Below the pieces are notes generated by a model. That model saw only the letters and a list, made by a program, of their open reading frames with translations, made no database searches and was not told the DNA's origin. A stretch of 64,000 nt of DNA from an uncultured Acidobacteriota bacterium (GTDB lineage: Bacteria; Acidobacteriota; Thermoanaerobaculia; Multivoradales; UBA5704), in the NCBI GenBank assembly GCA_963700145.1, contig OY969474.1, positions 3,648,001-3,712,000 of the forward strand, written 5' to 3'. The translations under genes were made by a program, and so were the position numbers. How positions within the stretch are numbered: the stretch's first letter is position 1; every line of letters begins with the position of its first letter. Of this stretch, positions 49,901 through 62,587 are shown in pieces.

Positions 49901-50317
49901 GTTGAAGAGGACGTGCTTGCCGTCCGGCGTCCAGCCGAGCACCTGGTTGTCGACGCCGCCGCGCGGCGGGATGCGCCCGACGTCGTTGTAGAAGGTGAGC
50001 TGGCGCGGCTCGCCGCCGGCGACCGGGATGGTGAAGACCTGCCGCGTGCCGCCGTACTGGCCGGTGAAGGCCAGGGTCCGGCCGTCGGGCGAGAACTTGG
50101 GGAAGAGCTCCTCGCCGCGGTGCGAGGTCACCCGCCGCGCCGTGCCGCCGGCCGCCGGCACCGTCCAGACGTCGCCGGCGTAGACGAAGGCGATGGTGTC
50201 GCCATGGACGTCGGGGTAGCGCAGCAGACGGCTCTCGCCGGCGGGCGGCGCCTCCTGGGCGGCGAGGGCGAGGGGGGAAAGCAGAAGGGCGGCGAGCAAC
50301 GAGAGGGCTTTGGGCAC
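46952..50317 (-). CDS. Tricorn-like S41 protease, secreted
   Basis: GTG 50317 plus signal; LLRYPD, PD40 repeats, ELNAGHAY, PDZ-like region, DARYNGGG, GSGGDAF, GTRTWGG, ENEGVPPD. Confidence 0.93.
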   Translation of the reverse strand: MPKALSLLAALLLSPLALAAQEAPPAGESRLLRYPDVHGDTIAFVYAGDVWTVPAAGGTARRVTSHRGEELFPKFSPDGRTLAFTGQYGGTRQVFTIPVAGGEPRQLTFYNDVGRIPPRGGVDNQVLGWTPDGKHVLFNAHRTPWNDRISRPYKVPAAGGMEVPLPMPEGGTGTLSPDGTKYVFTPIMREFRTWKRHRGGRAQDVWIYDLARNTAEQITDFAGTDNQPVWVGDTIYFTSDRTNRLQLYAWREAERTPRQVTNHDRYDVLWPSGGPDSLIYENGGWLYLFEPGTGTSRKVPVRVDGDFPQTVPYFRKVAEDVQSWGISPTGKRAVFGARGEVFTVPAKEGEPRNLTATPGVREMDPAWSPDGRWIAYLSDATGEYEIYLRPADGSGEPRRVTQDGGVWRFPPAWSPDSKKLAWGDTRQRLRYVEVDGGRIVEADGSKTADVTDYRWSPDSRWLAYTKFGVTQLPSVWVYSLADRRARQLTSDATAEFEPTWDPTGRYLYFLSNRDYNLTFSSYEFDYVYTDPTRIYVAVLQKDGPALFLPKSDEEGAEEKKDDGMRVADVQHQPQSPPAEGDAKPRPRSAEEKGEEKDPGAKPAAVKVAIDFDGFEARVRAIPGAPGSYRNLAANEKGVFYLTGDGPAGQLKMYDLEAEKEEGVLDGVNAFQLSADGKKLLVQQRGNEFAIVGAAPGQKAADGKLALDRMTLKVEPRAEWRQMFDDAWRLVRDWFYDRELHGVDWPEMRARYGELVPHLASRADLDYVLGELIAELNAGHAYVQPPTEHDVERVPGGLLGADVESDPSGAFRVARIYHGENWHDDFRSPLTEPGVRVKEGDLILAVDGVPTRGVDNFYRLLEGKADAVVTLRVAAGADGKGAHDERVRPVGSELGLRYLAWIEERRQRVAAASDGRIGYLHLPDTAVAGNRELFKHFYPQAHKDALILDARYNGGGFIPDRMAALLARPLLNYWVNRSGVPTTTPGYIHVGPKVALINGQAGSGGDAFPYYFRKLGLGPLIGTRTWGGLIGISGNPLLLDGGSITVPAFRFIDTEGRWAVENEGVPPDIEVIDAPHLVAQGRDPSLEKGIEVLLAELAKGPPQRLTAPPAPWKQPEGEGDSQ

Positions 50318-50372
50318 ACGGGCTCCTTCGGATCGAGGTCCGCAGGCTACTACGGCGGCGGACGCCGGAGGT

Positions 50373-51569
50373 TTGGAAACGGCGCCGACTCGCATAGGCT
50401 TTCCTAAAGGATCGGAAACCACGGGAACCCGGACACGGGCGCGGCGCGCCGCACGGTGGCTGCTCGGCGCGGTGGTGGTCGCGGGCGCCGCCGCGGCGCT
50501 CGCGAACTGCCACGGCCACGTCATCGAGCGGGTCCACGCGCCGAACTTCCCTCGAGGCTTCGACTTCCGCTCGCCTCCATGCTCGCCGGCTGCCGCGGCG
50601 ACGGCGGGTGGAGACGACGACGTCCTGGTGCGCTACCTGGCCTCCGGCGGGCTGTACGTCTCCTGGCGCGGCACGGGGCTCCTCACCGCGCCCTTTTTCT
50701 CCAATCCCGGGCTCTTCCGCGTCGGTTTCGGGAAGGTGCGGTGGCGCGAGGACGACATTGACCGCGGCCTCTCCGGGCTGCCCGCGGCGGACGCGATCTT
50801 CGCCGGCCACGCCCACTACGACCACGTGGGCGACCTCGTGCCGATCCTGCGCACGCACGCGCCCGGGGCCCGCCTGTACGTCAACGCGACCGGCGATCAC
50901 ATGCTCGCTCCGTACCGCGACCTGCGCTCCCGCGCCAGCGTGCTGAAGGCCGCGAAGGAGTGGGAGCAGGTCCGCGACGCGGCCGGCCGGCCCTTGCCGG
51001 TCCGCTTCCGGGCCTTCCGCTCGCGCCATGCGCCCCACTTGGGGCGTCTCCACCTCTTCCGGGGGCGCCTGGAGCGCGACTGGCGCCGGCCGTGGACCGA
51101 CATGCGCTGGCGCGACTTCCGCGAGGGGGAGGTCCACGCGTTCGTCTTCGATCTGCTCGACGCCAACGACCGGGTCCGCTTCCGCCTCTACGCCAACGAC
51201 ACCGCGAGCCCGCGGGAGTGGGGAGTGCCGGAGGCGGCGCTGGCGCGCGAGCGGCGCTTCGACCTCGCGGCGCTCACCATGGCCTCGTACTACCTCGTCG
51301 AGGAGTACCCGGAACGGCTGCTCGGCGCCCTCCGGCCGCGGCACGTCCTGGCGATCCACTACGAGGACTTCTTCCAGCCGCTCGACCGGCCGGTGCGCTT
51401 CGTCCCGATGCTGACCGACGCCCGCGCCAACCGCTTCCTGGCGCGGGTAGAGACGGCCGTGCCGCGCGCGGGCCGGCGTCCGCCCCTGCCGCCTGTCTGC
51501 GGCCCGTCCGGGCCGGCCGTGACGATGGCGGTCCCCGGCGAGTGGCTCCGCTTCCGCGCCGGGCACTAG
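50373..51569 (+). CDS. MBL-fold metallo-hydrolase, exported; start uncertain
   Basis: RARRAARWLLGAVVVAGAAAALANC signal-like segment; GHAHYDHVGD; IHYEDFF. Confidence 0.75.
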   Translation: METAPTRIGFPKGSETTGTRTRARRAARWLLGAVVVAGAAAALANCHGHVIERVHAPNFPRGFDFRSPPCSPAAAATAGGDDDVLVRYLASGGLYVSWRGTGLLTAPFFSNPGLFRVGFGKVRWREDDIDRGLSGLPAADAIFAGHAHYDHVGDLVPILRTHAPGARLYVNATGDHMLAPYRDLRSRASVLKAAKEWEQVRDAAGRPLPVRFRAFRSRHAPHLGRLHLFRGRLERDWRRPWTDMRWRDFREGEVHAFVFDLLDANDRVRFRLYANDTASPREWGVPEAALARERRFDLAALTMASYYLVEEYPERLLGALRPRHVLAIHYEDFFQPLDRPVRFVPMLTDARANRFLARVETAVPRAGRRPPLPPVCGPSGPAVTMAVPGEWLRFRAGH

Positions 51570-51588
51570 AGGGAGCGCGCGGCGCGCT

Positions 51589-52689
51589 TCAGGCGGCGGC
51601 GTGGGCGAGGCGCACCGGCAGCCGGCGCGCTCCCCAGGTGCCGGGACGGGGCTCGAAGCGGCCGGGGCAGGGGGTGCCGCAGGCGGCGCAGCGGCCGGCG
51701 GCGTCGAGGTGCCAGTCGGTCAGGGTGAACCAGTCGCGGCCGATGACGACCGCGCCGCAGCCGTGGCAGTAGGTGCTCGCCCCGGCTTCGTCGTGGACGT
51801 TGCCGGTGTAGACGTAGCGCAGGCCGTTGGCCAGGCCGATGCGGCGGGCGCGCGTCAGGGTGGCGGGCGGCGTCGGCGGCTTGTCCAGCATCTTCCAGTC
51901 GGGGTGGAAGGCGGTGAAGTGGAGCGGGACGTCGGGCCCCAGCTCGGCGGCGACCCAGCGGGTGAGGGCGTCGAGCTCGGCGTCGGAGTCGTTCTCGCCG
52001 GGGATGAGCAGGGTGGTGATCTCGAACCAGACGGCGGTCTCGTGCTTCAGGTACTTGAGGGTGTCGAGGACCGGTCCCAGCTCGCCGCCGCAGACCTGGC
52101 GGTAGAAGCGGTCGGTGAAGCCCTTGAGATCGACGTTGGCGGCGTCCATGAAGCGGTAGAACTCGGCGCGCGGCTCGGGGCACACCTCGCCGGCGGTCAC
52201 CGCCACGGAGGCGATCCCGGCCTCGCGGCAGGCGGCGGCGACGTCGATGGCGTACTCGTGGAAGATGACGGGGTCGTTGTAGGTGAAGGCGACGCTACGG
52301 CAGCCGAGGCGGCGGGCGGCGGCGGCGATTTTTTCGGGGCTGGCCTGGTCGGCGAGGGTGTCGACTTCGCGCGATTTGCTGATGTCCCAGTTCTGGCAGA
52401 ACTTGCAGGCCAGGTTGCAGCCGGCGGTGCCGAAGGAGAGGACTGGGGTGCCGGGGAGGAAGTGGTTGAGGGGTTTTTTCTCGATGGGGTCGACGCAGAA
52501 GCCGGAGGAGCGGCCGTAGGTGGTGAGGACGATCTGGTCGCGCTCGCGGGCGCGGACGAAGCAGAGGCCGCGCTGGCCTTCCAGGAGCTTGCAGAACCTC
52601 GGGCAGAGGTCGCACTGGACGCGGCCGTTTTCTAGGGCGTGCCAGTACTTGGTGGGGACGTAGTTCCCGCCTGGGAGGGTCTCGCGCAT
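51589..52689 (-). CDS. amrS: AmmeMemoRadiSam system radical SAM enzyme
   Basis: CDLCPRFC..GLCFVR, DPIEKKPLNHF, GCNLACKFCQNWDIS, AFHPDWK, YVYTGNVHD. Confidence 0.93.
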   Translation of the reverse strand: MRETLPGGNYVPTKYWHALENGRVQCDLCPRFCKLLEGQRGLCFVRARERDQIVLTTYGRSSGFCVDPIEKKPLNHFLPGTPVLSFGTAGCNLACKFCQNWDISKSREVDTLADQASPEKIAAAARRLGCRSVAFTYNDPVIFHEYAIDVAAACREAGIASVAVTAGEVCPEPRAEFYRFMDAANVDLKGFTDRFYRQVCGGELGPVLDTLKYLKHETAVWFEITTLLIPGENDSDAELDALTRWVAAELGPDVPLHFTAFHPDWKMLDKPPTPPATLTRARRIGLANGLRYVYTGNVHDEAGASTYCHGCGAVVIGRDWFTLTDWHLDAAGRCAACGTPCPGRFEPRPGTWGARRLPVRLAHAAA

Positions 52690-52737
52690 GCCTTTGGTCC
52701 AACGGACTAAGAGACTAGCTGCATTCCCCTGGTGAGG

Positions 52738-52901
52738 GGGCCGTTCGGGGGTGCTCCTCCGGGGACCGCCGCGCGCGTTGGTTGACTTCCTGATCTGAGG
52801 CGCGCGGCTGCGCTTCGCATCGCGCCAAGTCGTTCGTGGCCTGCCTGGGATTTACCAGGCGCTCGCTCAGAGCTCCCCGGAGGAGCACCCCCGAACGGCC
52901 C
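52738..52901. repeat. 164-bp element with perfect 28-bp terminal inverted repeats (MITE-like or structured RNA)
   Basis: GGGCCGTTCGGGGGTGCTCCTCCGGGGA (52738-52765) and its exact reverse complement (52874-52901). Confidence 0.8.
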
Positions 52902-52934
52902 GGGACCGTTGTTCCTTGCCTTGAAAGGCACGAT

Positions 52935-52972
52935 TGTCATCCCGAGCGTGAGCGAGGGATCTGGGCGGGGGG
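52935..52972 (+). repeat. REP-like single arm
   Basis: TGTCATCCCGAGCGTGAGCGAGGGATCTGGGCGGGGG; same family as 26150-26241. Confidence 0.8.
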
Positions 52973-52982
52973 CGGTGCGACG

Positions 52983-54836
52983 TCAGTCCGTCTCTGCTGG
53001 CGTCGTGGCGAGAGCCTGGAGGTCCGCGAGGGAGCGCAGCTCGCCCCCTCTTGCTACCCACCGGAGGTGCCGGTAGGCGGTAGTCGAGGCTGTGGGGTCG
53101 GCGGAGAGGACTAGGAGGTCGGCGGCTTTGCCGGCGGTCAGGGTGCCCAGGTCTTCGCGGCCGAGGGCCTTCGCGGCGGTGCTGGTGGCGGCGACTAGGA
53201 CTTGGGCGGGGGTTAGGCCGGCGGCTTCCATGGCTGCTAGCTCGGCGTGGATGGCGGGGCCGTGGAGGGTGAGGGGGTTGCCGGCGTCGGTGCCGAGGGC
53301 GATGGGGACGCCGGCGGCGGCCAAGCGCTTCAGGTTCGCGGCGGCGACTTGCTCTTCCTGGGCTAGGCGGCGCGCGCGGGCCTCCAGGGTGGCGGCGGCG
53401 GGGACTGCGGCGCGGTAGGTCGCGGTCTCGGCGAGCTTGGCGCGGGTCGCGGGGTCGACGCAGCCGTTGGGGTCGTCGACGGCGGGGGCCTCGCCGCGGG
53501 CGGCGGCGGCGAAGAGGCGGGTGTAGCCGGCGGGGACGGTGAGCGTGGGGGAGTAGATCGCGCCGCTCGATTTGGCGAGCTGGACGAATTCGTCGTCGAT
53601 CGGCTCCCAGACGCTGTGCACCAGGAGCCTGGCGCCGGCGCGCAGGGCAGCCTTGGCCTCGGCGAGGCCGGTGGCGTGGACGATGAGCGGCAGGTCGCGC
53701 GCCCGCGCTTCGGCGCCGGCGGCGGCGACGATCGGCTCGAACTTGGCGACGTCGGCGGGCCCCTCGACGATGTACCAGACCTTGACCGCGTCGGCGCCGC
53801 GGGCGGCGAGGTCGCGCACCGCGGCGCGCGCCGTCTCGGCGTCGGGGATGGGGACGAACTGCCGCTCGCCGGGGAGGTTGAGCCAGTGGTCGATGGTCGA
53901 GAGGAGAGGGCCGGCGGCGGCGAGGCGCGGCACGTCGGTGCGCGGCTCGATCTCCGCGCGCAGCCCGAGCGTCCAGGGGTAGCCGCCGACGTCGAAGACC
54001 GCCGTGACGCCCGAGCAGAGCTGCGAGCGGAGCAGGCGCTCGGGGTGGGAGCGCAGCTCGGCCTGCACGCGCTCGTACGGGTGGCGGTCGCGGACGTCGA
54101 GCGCGTCCGGGCGGCCGTCGGCCCAGCCGGTCTGCGAGAGGTGGACGTGGGTGTCGATCAGGCCGGGGGTGATCCAGTGGCCGGCGACGTCGGTCGTTGC
54201 CACCCCCGCCGGCGGCGGGCAGGCGGCGCGCGGGCCGGCGCACTCGACCTTGCCGTCGCGCAGGACGACGACGGCGTCCGGGACCGGCGGCGCGCCGCTG
54301 CCGTCGAGGAGGGTGCCGCCGACCAGGGCGCGCGGCGGCGGCGGGACGCCCGGCAGCGCCTCGAAGGCGGTGGAGACCGCGATCTTCCAGCCCTCCCCCG
54401 CCGCCGGCCGGCGGCGGGTCAGTCACCTCGACGAAGACGCGCTCCGAGAGCCCGATCGCCTCCGCGGCGCCGTAGCGGACGCGGTAGCGGTAGGTGCCGT
54501 AGACGACGCCGGGCTGGACGCGCACGAGGCGCAGGTCCTGGGCGTCGAAGGCGTCCGGCCAGTTCTCGCCGGTCGCGGTCGTGCCGGCGAGGTCCTCGTA
54601 GCCGAGGGTGAAGCCGGTCGGGCCGGTGCGGGCGAGGGACTCCGACTGGAGATAGCACGCGAGGTAGCCGTCGGGGTCGCGGCGGCGGATGGCGTCGAGG
54701 TTGCGCTCGAAGAGCGCCCGCGCGGCGGCGAGGTCAGCCTCCGCGGCGGGATCGGCCGCCGGGCCGTTGGCCCGGGCCGCGGGCGCGGCGCCGAACAGCA
54801 GGACGGAAGCGAGGAGGAGGACGAGGAGCGGGAAGA
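52983..54836 (-). pseudogene. Secreted SnoaL/NTF2-like + amidohydrolase fusion, frameshifted near 54395-54418 (pseudogene or sequence error)
   Basis: Frame A: signal + LFERNLDAI..SERVFVEVT. Frame B continues EGWKIAVSTAF..PGLIDTHVH, VHAT, LVHS, LGTDAGN, GKAADL. Confidence 0.75.
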
Positions 54837-54911
54837 TGGCTCCTGGGGAGGGATTTGAACCCCCGACCAATCGGTTAACAGCCGATCGCTCTACCACTGA
54901 GCTACCCAGGA
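54837..54911 (-). tRNA. tRNA-Asn (GTT)
   Basis: TCCTGGGTAGCTCAGTGGTAGAGCGATCGGCTGTTAACCGATTGGTCGGGGGTTCAAATCCCTCCCCAGGAGCCA; cloverleaf with encoded CCA; TACAAT -10 box at 54966-54961. Confidence 0.97.
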
Positions 54912-54983
54912 GTGTGTGGCCCCGACACCCGCGCGCGCCATAGCGGCGCGCGGGGCGAGGATTGTACCGCAGGTTCGGCGGCG

Positions 54984-55018
54984 CCCCCGCCCAGATCCTT
55001 CGCTGCGCTCAGGATGAC
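54984..55018 (-). repeat. REP-like single arm downstream of rpoD
   Basis: Minus strand GTCATCCTGAGCGCAGCGAAGGATCTGGGCGGGGG. Confidence 0.8.
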
Positions 55019-55036
55019 GCGCGCGGAGCGCGCGCG

Positions 55037-56745
<1,709 letters not shown>

Positions 56746-56749
<4 letters not shown>

Positions 56750-58554
56750 ATGGTCCTCCTGGTCGAGCCCGCGTGCAGGACGCGGCTCAGACCGGTCTTC
56801 TCGCGCAAGAGGCTCTCGAGGCGCGGCTCATCCCCGAGGCGCTGCGCCTCGTCGATCTCGGACGACAGTTCCCGCAGTCGTTGCCGGCGCCAGCGGCGCT
56901 CCAGCTTGTCGAGGGACTCTCCCAGGCCAGGTTTGCCGGGGTTAAACTCCCCTTCTAACAGAACCTGCGCCACCCGGTCAATCGCTCGTCCCTCCGAGCC
57001 AAGTGCCGCGAGGACCGCCCGCGCCTCCGGGGGGGAGCCCTCTCCCTCCCCGTATAGAGTGCGGAAAGCGCGGTAAATATTCCTGCAATCGGCGTCGAAA
57101 AAGACCTCCGGCGGGGGTAGATCGGCCGGGGGCGGGAGCGGCTCGCCGCCGGCGGCGGAAAGCAGGCGGGCGAGGACCTCCTCCTCCAGCGTCCGGACCA
57201 GGCGCTGGGCCGGGGCGGCGGGGGCCGCGGCGCCGGCGCCGGGCCGCTGGCCGGCCGGGCGGTCGCCGGCCCCCTCCAGGCGGCGGGCGAGCATCTCCGG
57301 CGGCACCCGCAGCCGCTCGGCGGCCAGCCGGGCGTAAGCGAAGCGGAGGATGGCGTCGGGGATCGGCCGCAGCAGCTCCGTCACCTCGCGGGCGGCCTTG
57401 GCCTGGAGGCGCGGCTCGCGGGCGGCCCCGGCCGGGACCAGCCGCTCCAGCTCCAGGGCGACGGCGTCGGGGGCCTTCTCGAAGGCGGCGCGCACCGCCG
57501 CCTCCCCCTCGGCGAGCCGCAGCGAGTCCGGGTCGTGGCCGGCGGGGAAGCGGGCGCGGCGCGCGCCCAGCCCCTCGGCCAGGAGGAGCGGCAGGGCCCG
57601 CAGGTGCGCCGCCTCGCCGGCGCGGTCGCCGTCGTAGCCGACGACGACCTCCTCGGCGTAGCGCGCGAGGAGCCGCGCCTGCTCGGGCGTCAGCGCGGTG
57701 CCCATGCCGGCGACCGCGCCTTCGACGCCCGCCGCCACCGTCCCCAGGACGTCGAAGTACCCCTCGACGAGGTAGGCGCGGCCGGTCTCGCGGATGGCGC
57801 GCTTGGCCTGGTGCAGGCCGTAGAGGAGGGTCCCCTTGTGGAAGCTCTCGGTCTCGGCGGTGTTCAGGTACTTCGCCTTGTCGTCGCCGAGCGCCCGGCC
57901 GCCGAAGCCGACCAGCCGCCCCGAGGCGTTGTGGATCGGGAACATCAGGCGGTGGCGGAAGCGGTCGTACAGCTCGCCGCCGCGCTCGCTCTTGGCGATG
58001 AGGCCGGCGGCCTCGAGGTCGGCGGCCGGGACGCGGCGCTCCAGGGCCTGCTGGAGGGCGTGCCAGGAGTCGGGCGCGTAGCCGACGCCGAAGCGAGCGG
58101 CGAGCTCGCGCGAGACCTGGCGGCTTTCGAGGTATTTCTGCGCCGGCGGGTGCTGCTCGAGCTGCTCGGCGAAGAACTCGGCGGCGGCCTGCAGGGCGCC
58201 TTCGAGGTCGCGCTCCGGGCGGCCGCCGCGGCGGCGCTCGCCGCGGGCGGGGAGCGGGATGCCGTAGCGGCCGGCGAGGCTCTCGATGGCGGCGGGGAAG
58301 TCGTCGCCGGAGAGCAGCATGTGGAGCTTGATGGCGTCGCCGCCCTGGCCGCAGCCGAAGCAGTAGAAGAGGCCTTGCACGGGGTCGACGCTGAAGGAGG
58401 GGGTCTTCTCCTTGTGCAGCGGGCAGAGCCCCTGGAAGCGGCGGCCGGACTTGCGCAGCCGGGTGTGCTCGGAGGCGAGCGCGACGACGTCCACGGCGTC
58501 GCGCACGGCCTGGACGAGCTGCGGGGTGATCTGGACGTTGCCTAGGCCGGGCAT
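56746..58554 (-). CDS. dnaG: DNA primase
   Basis: [40 protein letters not shown]. Confidence 0.97.
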
Positions 58555-58600
58555 CGCTGCCTCAGTTAGACGCAGTAGCGCCGCGGATCATGGCACGCGG

Positions 58601-61006
<2,406 letters not shown>

Positions 61007-61012
61007 CGCCTG

Positions 61013-61049
61013 AAAAAGCGAACGGGAGCGGGCGTGACCCCGCTCCCGT
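61013..61049 (-). terminator. Intrinsic terminator between rpsU and mutS2
   Basis: 11-bp stem ACGGGAGCGGG/CCCGCTCCCGT followed on the minus strand by TCGCTTTTT. Confidence 0.65.
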
Positions 61050-61078
61050 CGTGTTGCGGCTCGTCTGTGGGGCCTAGG

Positions 61079-61288
61079 TCAGGCCAGACCCTGGCGGCGC
61101 TCCTCCGCGAGCTTACGCAACGCCTTCTTGCGGGCCTGTACGGTCTTCCGCTTGCGCTTGACGGAAGGCTTCTCGAAGTGCTGGCGCTTGCGCAGCTCGG
61201 TCAGGATCCCGGACTTCTCGACCTTGCGCTTGAAGCGACGCAGCGCGTTCTCGAAGCTCTCCTCTTCGCGCACGTGCACTACCGGCAT
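61079..61288 (-). CDS. rpsU: 30S ribosomal protein S21
   Basis: [29 protein letters not shown]. Confidence 0.96.
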   Translation of the reverse strand: MPVVHVREEESFENALRRFKRKVEKSGILTELRKRQHFEKPSVKRKRKTVQARKKALRKLAEERRQGLA

Positions 61289-61398
61289 TCGCTGATCACC
61301 TCTCTTCTCTGGGGCCTTGGGGTGTCATCTGTCCGGGGGGCCATGCCCGGCGGTAACCGCGGATTGTGGCCCGGGGGCAGGGGGGGCGTCAAGCCGTG

Positions 61399-61622
61399 GG
61401 AGATCTATCTCCGGGTCCTCGGGATAAATCCCGGACGGCTGGAGATCTATCTCCAGGCCCGGGAGATAGATCTCCGGAGGTTGGAGATACATTTCCGGGT
61501 CCTCGGGATAGATCCCGGACGGTTGGAGATCTATCTCGGGGCCCGGGAGATCTATCTCCGGCGCTTGGAGATACATCTCCGGCGCCCGGAGATCTATTTC
61601 GTGGTGCAAAAGATAAATCCCG
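61399..61622. repeat. Tandem array of eleven 21-bp units (14-bp palindromic box + 7-bp linker)
   Basis: Boxes GGAGAT-NN-ATCTCC or CGGGAT-NN-ATCCCG at 61399, 61420, 61441, 61462, 61483, 61504, 61525, 61546, 61567, 61588, 61609. Confidence 0.92.
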
Positions 61623-61656
61623 TGGTGTCGCCGGAGGGTCCTGGGAGCCTGGGGGC

Positions 61657-62468
61657 TTAGCTGGTGGCCGCGGCGCGGGAGCGGCGCGGGGCCGGGGCCG
61701 GCCGGGCGGGGGCGACGGGCTGTCCTTGGGGCTTCGCCTGGACGGCCTCGAAGTCGAGCTGGTAGACCTTGAGCGCCGGGGCCGGCGGCGGATCGGCGGA
61801 CTTGGCGAACCAGACCGCGGCGGCCGAGCCGGCGGCGTCCTTGGGGTAGAACCAGGCGACCACCCCGCGGCTCGCCCCCTTGCCGGCGTACTCGCGGACG
61901 TTGTGCGGGTTGGGGGCGCCGAGGAGGTCGCGCACCTGCTCGCCGCTCATCCCGGCCTTGACCTGGTCGAAGCGGGCGCGGGTCATGAAGCGGCCGCGCT
62001 CGATCCGCTTCACCTCGGCCGCCAGGCGCGGGTTGCCCGGGTCCACGAGCAGGGCGCCGCGCAGGATCTCGAGCGCCCGCCGGTAGTCCCCCCCTCCTCG
62101 ATGTACTCGCGGGCGACGCGGATGTCCTCGTCGCTGCGCAGGCGGAGCGCCTGGCGCTGGCGCGCCGTGAGCGGCTCGCCCTGGCGCGGCGGGTCGGAGT
62201 TGATGAAGTCGGCGAGGCGGCGGTCGAGCTCCTGGGCGGCGAGGTCGATCTGCGCCGCGAGGACGCCCGGGTCCTTGGCTTTGCTTTCGGCCAGCCGCGC
62301 GCGCTGGGCGTCCAGGTCCTGCTTGGTGGCGGTGATCCAGCGCCACTCGGCCTCGCGGGCGGCGGCGAGCGCGCTCGCCTCGGTCTCTTCGGGTCCCCGC
62401 GCGCATCCCGCGGCGAGGAGGACCGCCAGCGCGCCCGCGCGCAATGCTCTCGAAACACCTCTGCGCAT
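61657..62468 (-). pseudogene. Lipoprotein with TPR-like helices and BamE/SmpA-like C-terminal domain, frameshifted in a G7 tract (62088-62094)
   Basis: LAAGC lipobox; EYIEEGG continues as DYRRALEIL in another frame; FDQVKAGMSGEQVRDLLGAP motif. Confidence 0.75.
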
Positions 62469-62587
62469 CCTGCGACCTCCTGCAACGCGCGCGGCGGCGA
62501 AGGTAGCACGGCGGTCGAAGACTGGACAACCGCTCCCCCCTCCCGAATAATCTCCTCTTTCTCCACCCCAGGCGCGGGAGCCGGACG

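Noticed and set aside
51589-52689. Complete AmmeMemoRadiSam operon
   Set aside because: Only amrS is present; no AmrA or AmrB gene adjacent.
52738-52901. 6S RNA
   Set aside because: Size is near but the perfect 28-bp stem and no evident central bubble fit a MITE-like element better; cannot confirm without Infernal.
52900-54911. Prophage or integrative element at tRNA-Asn
   Set aside because: No integrase and no duplicated tRNA 3' end found in the window.
61399-61622. CRISPR array
   Set aside because: Boxes are 14 bp with 7-bp linkers that themselves repeat; too short for repeats and spacers, and no cas genes.
61325-61660. Heptad-repeat peptides (EIYLRVL.. / IDLQPSG..) read across the array
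   Set aside because: A by-product of a 21-bp palindromic repeat; similar on both strands and parts of shadow ORFs with no credible start.
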